NCBI GenBank assembly: GCA_050613775.1
Contig: JBODTK010000159.1
Coordinates: 372,001 to 400,498, forward strand
Source: Neocallimastix sp. 'constans'
Taxonomy: Eukaryota
Length of the DNA stretch: 28,498 bases
Reading direction: 5' to 3'
Shown here: positions 24,001-28,498 of the stretch, piece by piece
Position numbering within the stretch: position 1 is the first letter of the stretch
Layout of the letters: each line of letters begins with the position of its first letter
Notes under the pieces: generated by a model
Database searches by the model: none
Told to the model about the DNA's origin: nothing
The model's input: the letters and a program-made list of their open reading frames with translations, nothing else
Translations under genes and position numbers: made by a program

Positions 24001-24549
24001 TGATTCTGGATCAGGTGTTGGCTCTGGATCAGGTATTGGTTCTGGATCAGGTATTGGTTCTGGATCAGGTATTGGTTCTGGATCAGGTATTGGTTCTGGA
24101 TCAGGTGTTGGCTCTGGGTCTGGTGTTGGTTCTGGACTTGGTTCTGGATTTACATTTTTCTTTGAATTGAAACACCAAGGAATACCAGAAGTAGAAGATT
24201 CTGCCCAGCAACATCCACGACTGACACATTCACTTTCATTAATACCATAATAACCACAATCAGTACGACTACTTTCATCAACTTCACAAGAATAAGATTC
24301 ACTGCTTTTACATTCTGTTGTTTTACCACCGCTAGCGGTGTAGAAGCACCAAGGAGCGCCATCAACATTAGATGGATCCCAGCAACAACCATTACTGACG
24401 CAGGCACTTTCATTAATTCCTATGTAACCACAATCCTTACGAGCTAATGGTTCAACAGTACAGGAACATTGATCATCTCTCTTGATAAGACCAGCAGCAG
24501 AGGATAAAGCAGCAAATTTAGCAATTAATACAGCACTATTAAATTTCAT
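21085..24549 (-). CDS. Secreted GH31 alpha-glucosidase with 3 trefoil domains and a CBM26-like module, copy 3 (1154 aa, expanded linker)
   Basis: Same motifs as copies 1 and 2, plus 30 aa from five extra 18 bp PEP(T/I)PD units. Private changes R5S, I7V, KKI to KKN and TNI to TNV. Confidence 0.95.
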   Translation of the reverse strand: MKFNSAVLIAKFAALSSAAGLIKRDDQCSCTVEPLARKDCGYIGINESACVSNGCCWDPSNVDGAPWCFYTASGGKTTECKSSESYSCEVDESSRTDCGYYGINESECVSRGCCWAESSTSGIPWCFNSKKNVNPEPSPEPTPDPEPTPDPEPIPDPEPIPDPEPIPDPEPIPDPEPTPDPESKNCPADEKSRVDCGYIGVTKRQCEAAGCCWAESETDGIPWCFNEVGKDIHIEKEGITVRFQKPYGWSTVNLWAWDDEDNNVYGEVWPGKTISDIGDGWYSYTFPSDVSSVNVLFNDGNNQTKDITNVKSSSCFKLVGDNVMKTDDCGLGPSGCSYTITDLKTSESGMTAVLDLEDRICEKYDIDIPKLDFQAKFETNDRLHIHIQPTDIEDYPHNVDVPEDAYPFEIEDGPNDDLQYSYELVDGETFKININRKDGTPVFESMSFIFERQYLEISKNVDSNSAIYGFGEVFGPYKRNSENTSHALWNADNADPVGQNLYGSHPFYIEIIDGKAYGFYLKNSHGMQFSIQDGLMTIQAIGGNFDMYFFMGPSMEDITKQYFQVIGAPALLPYWSLGWHQCRYGYRNIDEVREVVANYKKNNIPLDTMWIDIDYMENNKDFTYDAKNFPVSEMKKFVNELKSNHQYYINMIDPAIAKDDNYAPFSRGMEKDIFIKDKNGELFLGEVWPVNLNTAFPDWHHPNIVEYWTNEIKLFKDLAMTDGNWIDMNEAASFCNGACNSGSDDSKFKMGEFNPRNPPFAINNFGYEAPLKTKTLDMDVQYYGGLIDYDIHNMYGHMESIVSYEALLNIDPIKRPFLLSRSTFPGTGRYAAHWLGDNHSWWKDMYYSITGMLSFQLFGIPMVGSDTCGFQANADEELCARWMALGAFNPFGRNHNGLEWDNARIRSQEPYIWPKTAEASRRALAIRYKILPYMYTYLVRTHTHSEMILYSFAALWPNDATALGIDKQFLVGKGILITPVIEQGKTSVEGYFPEGIWYDWYDHSNVITGPTYKVLNAPIEHIPVHIRGGQIIPTQGPSLTVYENRNKPFELLVALDSEKKAHGILYLDDGISYNVDGKFNEIEYNVENGTLTAKGSYNYDEPQNLHEISILGVSSKPSTVTVNDADAQFEFSNNELIIKNLDISMNDDFVVSWN
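24004..24147 (-). repeat. Coding 18 bp tandem repeat (PEP[T/I]PD x7) in the copy 3 linker
   Basis: tctggatcaggt(a/g)ttgg units; copies 1 and 2 have only 2 units. Confidence 0.95.
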
Positions 24550-25572
24550 TTTGAAATTTATTTATTTTTATATTTTTTATTTTAAATAAAAAAATATTTT
24601 TTTTTTAATTTTTAATTAAATTAAAAATTGATTTAAATATAATATTATTAAAGTAAATTTTTTCTTTTTTTTTTTTTTAAAAAAATATATTCGTATTATT
24701 AAATAATATATTAATTATAATAATATATATATATATATAAATTTTTTATTTAAAAAAAATCAATAATTTTTAATAATTAATATTTTTTTTAAAGAAAAAT
24801 TTCAATAATAATATTTATCTAAAATTTATTTACAAATTATATAATTATATTTGATAATATAATTTAAAAATAATCAAAAAATGATATTTATATTATTTAT
24901 ATTTTCTATAAATAAAATATAAAATATAAATTTATATTTATATTTTTAAAGAATAAGTTAAGAAGAAAATTTGTTTCTTTTTATATAAAAAAATTTTTTC
25001 TTTTTAAATTTTATATGTACTTCTAAAAGATATTTTTATTATTATTCTATTATTGCTATTAATATTATTTCTATTATTATTAGTAATATTGTAAATAATT
25101 ATTATTATACATTATTATAATTATTATTATTAGATTACAATTTAATAAATTTAGTTAAAATTAATGTACAAAATTTTCATCCATTAAATTAGTATCAAAA
25201 ATTAATTCAATTATACAATATAAATGTATTATGACTCTTCAGATAATAATATTTTACAACATTTAATTATTAACTATAGTAAATTAAATACTAAGAAAAA
25301 ATAATTAATTTAAATAAAAAATAATTTATATATTAATTTCAAAAAGTTTTAAACTCATTTTTTTATTTAAAATTTATTATATTTATAATAATTATTATTT
25401 TATAATTTATTTTATTATTATTTATTTTTTTATTTACTTATAAAATATTTTATATTTATTTTATTATTATTTTATTATTATTTTATTATTATTTTATTAT
25501 TCATTATTAATAAAAAAAAAAAAATTCAAATAATTTAATCACAACAACCTAAATCATATGTCATAAAAGGTG

Positions 25573-25616
<44 letters not shown>

Positions 25617-25858
25617 TAAAATGAAATTTAAATTTTATTAAATGCTTTTCATTTAAATTCTTGAATTTTATATAAAGAAATAAATTAAAATATTTTATTA
25701 ATTTAACTAAAAATATTTTTTTTCATTGATGTATTATTATTATTAATTTTTTTTTTCTTAAATATTATGATTTAAATATATATTTAAATAAATATATTAT
25801 TTAATGTATTTATTATGTTATTAATAATAAAATAATAATATAAAAAATATAGAGAAAA

Positions 25859-25943
25859 TGTTAAAAGAAAAAAGAATAAGCAGATTGGTTTGTTTTTATG
25901 ATATAAACTTTATTAATTATTAAAATATTTATATTAATTTGGT
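25859..25943 (-). mobile_element. Truncated duplicate of the copia 3' LTR, interrupted by the MULE
   Basis: Aligns to 8421-8504 in the same upstream context as copy 1. Homology stops abruptly after 'atattaatttggt'. Confidence 0.8.
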
Positions 25944-28240
25944 GTGGGGAGGTTGCATTACGCCAATTTTCACGTGATATATAAATATGTGGCTTTAACT
26001 ATAATATACTACATAATATTTTTTTTTGTATTATTTTGTTACTTCAATTTTTAATTAATTATTAAGTGAATAATTAAACAAATCATATAATGGTTAGATT
26101 TTATGATTTTTAATTCTCTATTTAAATGTTATTAATAAAAGAATTATATAAAAATATAAATCTTATTAATAATTATTATTTTATTTAAATGCTATTAATA
26201 AAAAAATTATATAAAAATATTAATGCTATTAAAAATATAAATGTTATTAATAATAATTCTTTTATTTAAAAGTTATTAAAAAGAAATAATAATTATAATG
26301 ATAAAACTATTAATTATATTGACATATTTGAATATTTATTTAAATTGTATAAATTTAATAAGCTTTATAAATTAAATTTTTAAGTAATAGAATTCTAATT
26401 ATTTCGTTTGGTCATTCCTCATTTCTTAATTATTTATTACAAAGTAATATTTATATTATATTATTTAAATCAGTTAAACAATCAAACAACAAATTAATAA
26501 TACTATTTCTATCACATTTAGCATCAATTAACTTGGCTTCAATATTTTTGTAGCAATTAAGACACTGATTTCATTCGCTTTATTTATTTCTCTTTTTTTT
26601 TATTTTCCAAATTCCTCTTATTTTTCTTTGATTATCATAATATGATAAATATTAAAGTTCATTTAATTTATTTATTAATTCATAATAAGATGGTTTTATT
26701 GGAAATAAATTATTTAAATAATTATTTAGTGATTCTGAGGCATTGTTTGTTATATATTCCATATTATTATAATATTTCCAAATTTTCATATCATAACCAA
26801 CTAAATATGTTTTATAAAAATATTCTGAAAATTTTAAAATTGACAATAATTATTTTTAATAGATTTAATTTTAATTATAACATAAATATCAAATATATAT
26901 TCAGGATTTATAAATGGTAAATTTTAAATAGCTTTATAATAAATAAAGATATTATTTTCAATTTTTTACTTCATTATAGCATAATTTTTTTTTTAATTTC
27001 TAGTGATTTTTTATAATGCCAAATGCAATAATTGATATTTGTTTTAGGAAATATTGTTTTTGCTGCTTTAGATATGCCCCTTTCAAAATCACAATACAAA
27101 TTTTTTAGTTCAATTATAATATTAATGTTACATGTATTAGCATTTGTTTTTTAATTTTTCAAATAATATTTTATATGTTTCTTGTTCTTTATTTTTTAAT
27201 ATTGCAAAAGAAGTAGTGTAAAAACTTTCTAATTCTTTAGCATAAGTTTTTGTAATAAATATTTGATAACTAAATTTCGGGGCAATAAAAAATGTACCAT
27301 AAATAAATATATCATCATTATATTCCTTAAATAATTTTACATGAAAGGGGGATTGAAAAATTATTATATTAGAATTTTTGAATATCATAAAATTTTCACT
27401 TCGCTTTGTTTTATAATAATCGGATTCATTAGGAATTTCAGCAAATGTTGTTACATTGGATGGTAGTTTTTTATTTAAATTTCTTGATATTTGGGATTTA
27501 ATTGAATTATATTCTGGACATATAAGTCTCATTTCTTTAGAAATTTTATTATATAAGGGTTTTATTTTTATACCAAAAGGAATTGAACGTTTTTCAATTC
27601 CATCTTTAATTTTATGTTTCATTTTAGATAGAGATATATCGTATTCTTTTTCAGGATAATTATATGAACTATCATATTTTAAGATTTCTTTCTTATCATT
27701 TAAAATAATAAAAGATTTAAATTTATTTAATTTTTTATATTAGGTACATTTATAAACTTTGGTATTATCTTTTCTTATATATATGAAAAATTAAATTTAT
27801 ATTTTTTATTAATAATAATTTGCTCTTTTCCTATATTAGACTCACTTACATCAATAATTAGATTTTCTTCTATTTCAATATTTTTATAAATATTTTTTAA
27901 TTATATAATTAAAATTATTATATTAATTATCTAATATTATTCTTAATATTAATTTCGAAAAATTAGTTTTTCATTTATTTATAAAATAAAATAAATAAAT
28001 AAATAAATAAAGAGTGTAATAATATAAGTACAAGTATATAAAATAAAATAAAATAAATAAATAAATAAATAAAGAGTGTAATAATATAAGTACAAGTATA
28101 TAAAATAAAATAAAATAAATTGTAGAAATATAAAGTACAGATTGAATAAAATAAAATAAATTGTAGAAATATAAAGTACAGATTGAATAAAATAAAATAA
28201 AATAAATTGTAGAAATATAAAGTACAGATTGAATAAAATA
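25944..28240 (-). mobile_element. Decayed Mutator-like (MULE) DNA transposon, right copy; right boundary not visible
   Basis: Sharp left junction inside an LTR, starting with GC-rich gtggggaggttgcattacgcc. Contains subterminal repeats (~26120-26285), a transposase pseudogene and the 41 bp repeats shared with the left copy. Confidence 0.75.
26451..27879 (-). pseudogene. MULE DDE transposase pseudogene with a decayed N-terminal FLYWCH/WRKY-like zinc finger (includes ORFs 27137-27622 and 26652-26846)
   Basis: IFI(Y)GTFFIAPKFSYQIFI (DGTF motif, catalytic D changed to Y), LYCDFERGISKAA, NYCIWHYKKSL (CxxH) and ITNNASESLNNYL (catalytic E). N-terminal KVYKCT*Y..K(F)KS...(Y)N(Y) has lost its Zn ligands. 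Several stops and frameshifts. Confidence 0.87.
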
Positions 28241-28498
28241 AAATAAAATAAAATAAAATAAAATAAAATAAAATAAAATAAAATAAATAAAATAAAATAA
28301 AATAAAATAAAATAAAATAAAATAAAATAAAATAAAATAAAATAAAATAAAATAAAATAAAAAATAAAATAAAATAAAATAAAATAAAATAAAATAAAAT
28401 AAAATAAAATAAAATAAAATAAAATAAAATAAAATAAAATAAAATAAAATAAAATAAAATAAAATAAAATAAAATAAAATAAAATAAAATAAAATAAA
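28235..28498 (+). repeat. (AAAAT)n microsatellite running to the window end
   Basis: About 50 near-perfect pentamer units seen directly. Confidence 0.95.

Noticed and set aside
26642..27659. Plus-strand ORFs 26642-26920 and 27456-27659
   Set aside because: Antisense shadows of the MULE transposase pseudogene.
28235..28498. (AAAAT)n as a telomere
   Set aside because: No G/C-rich strand, and the same pentamer occurs in short runs throughout the window; more likely an expanded microsatellite, possibly at a contig break.

Overview
Extremely AT-rich eukaryotic DNA. The composition, intronless secreted CAZyme and repeat types suggest an anaerobic gut fungus (Neocallimastigomycota); this is an inference. 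The window holds an amplified array of one secreted GH31 alpha-glucosidase with an unusual architecture: signal peptide, three trefoil/P-type domains, a Pro-rich linker, a CBM26-like starch-binding module and a GH31 catalytic region. Three intact, nearly identical copies alternate in orientation (3718-7092 -, 15393-18767 +, 21085-24549 -), and a deleted fourth copy survives at 11945-12128. The array was built by tandem duplication plus two fold-back inversions (~11470 and ~20369). The coding sequences are homogenised while their flanks and the dead copy have diverged, and copy 3 is a mosaic of copies 1 and 2, which points to gene conversion in a palindromic array. An internally deleted Ty1/copia LTR element (8421-10102) sits upstream of copy 1, with an empty paralogous site upstream of copy 2 and partial duplicates at 1177-1522 and 25859-25943. 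Two directly oriented, decayed Mutator-like (MULE) elements bracket the window. All alignments and identities were judged by eye.
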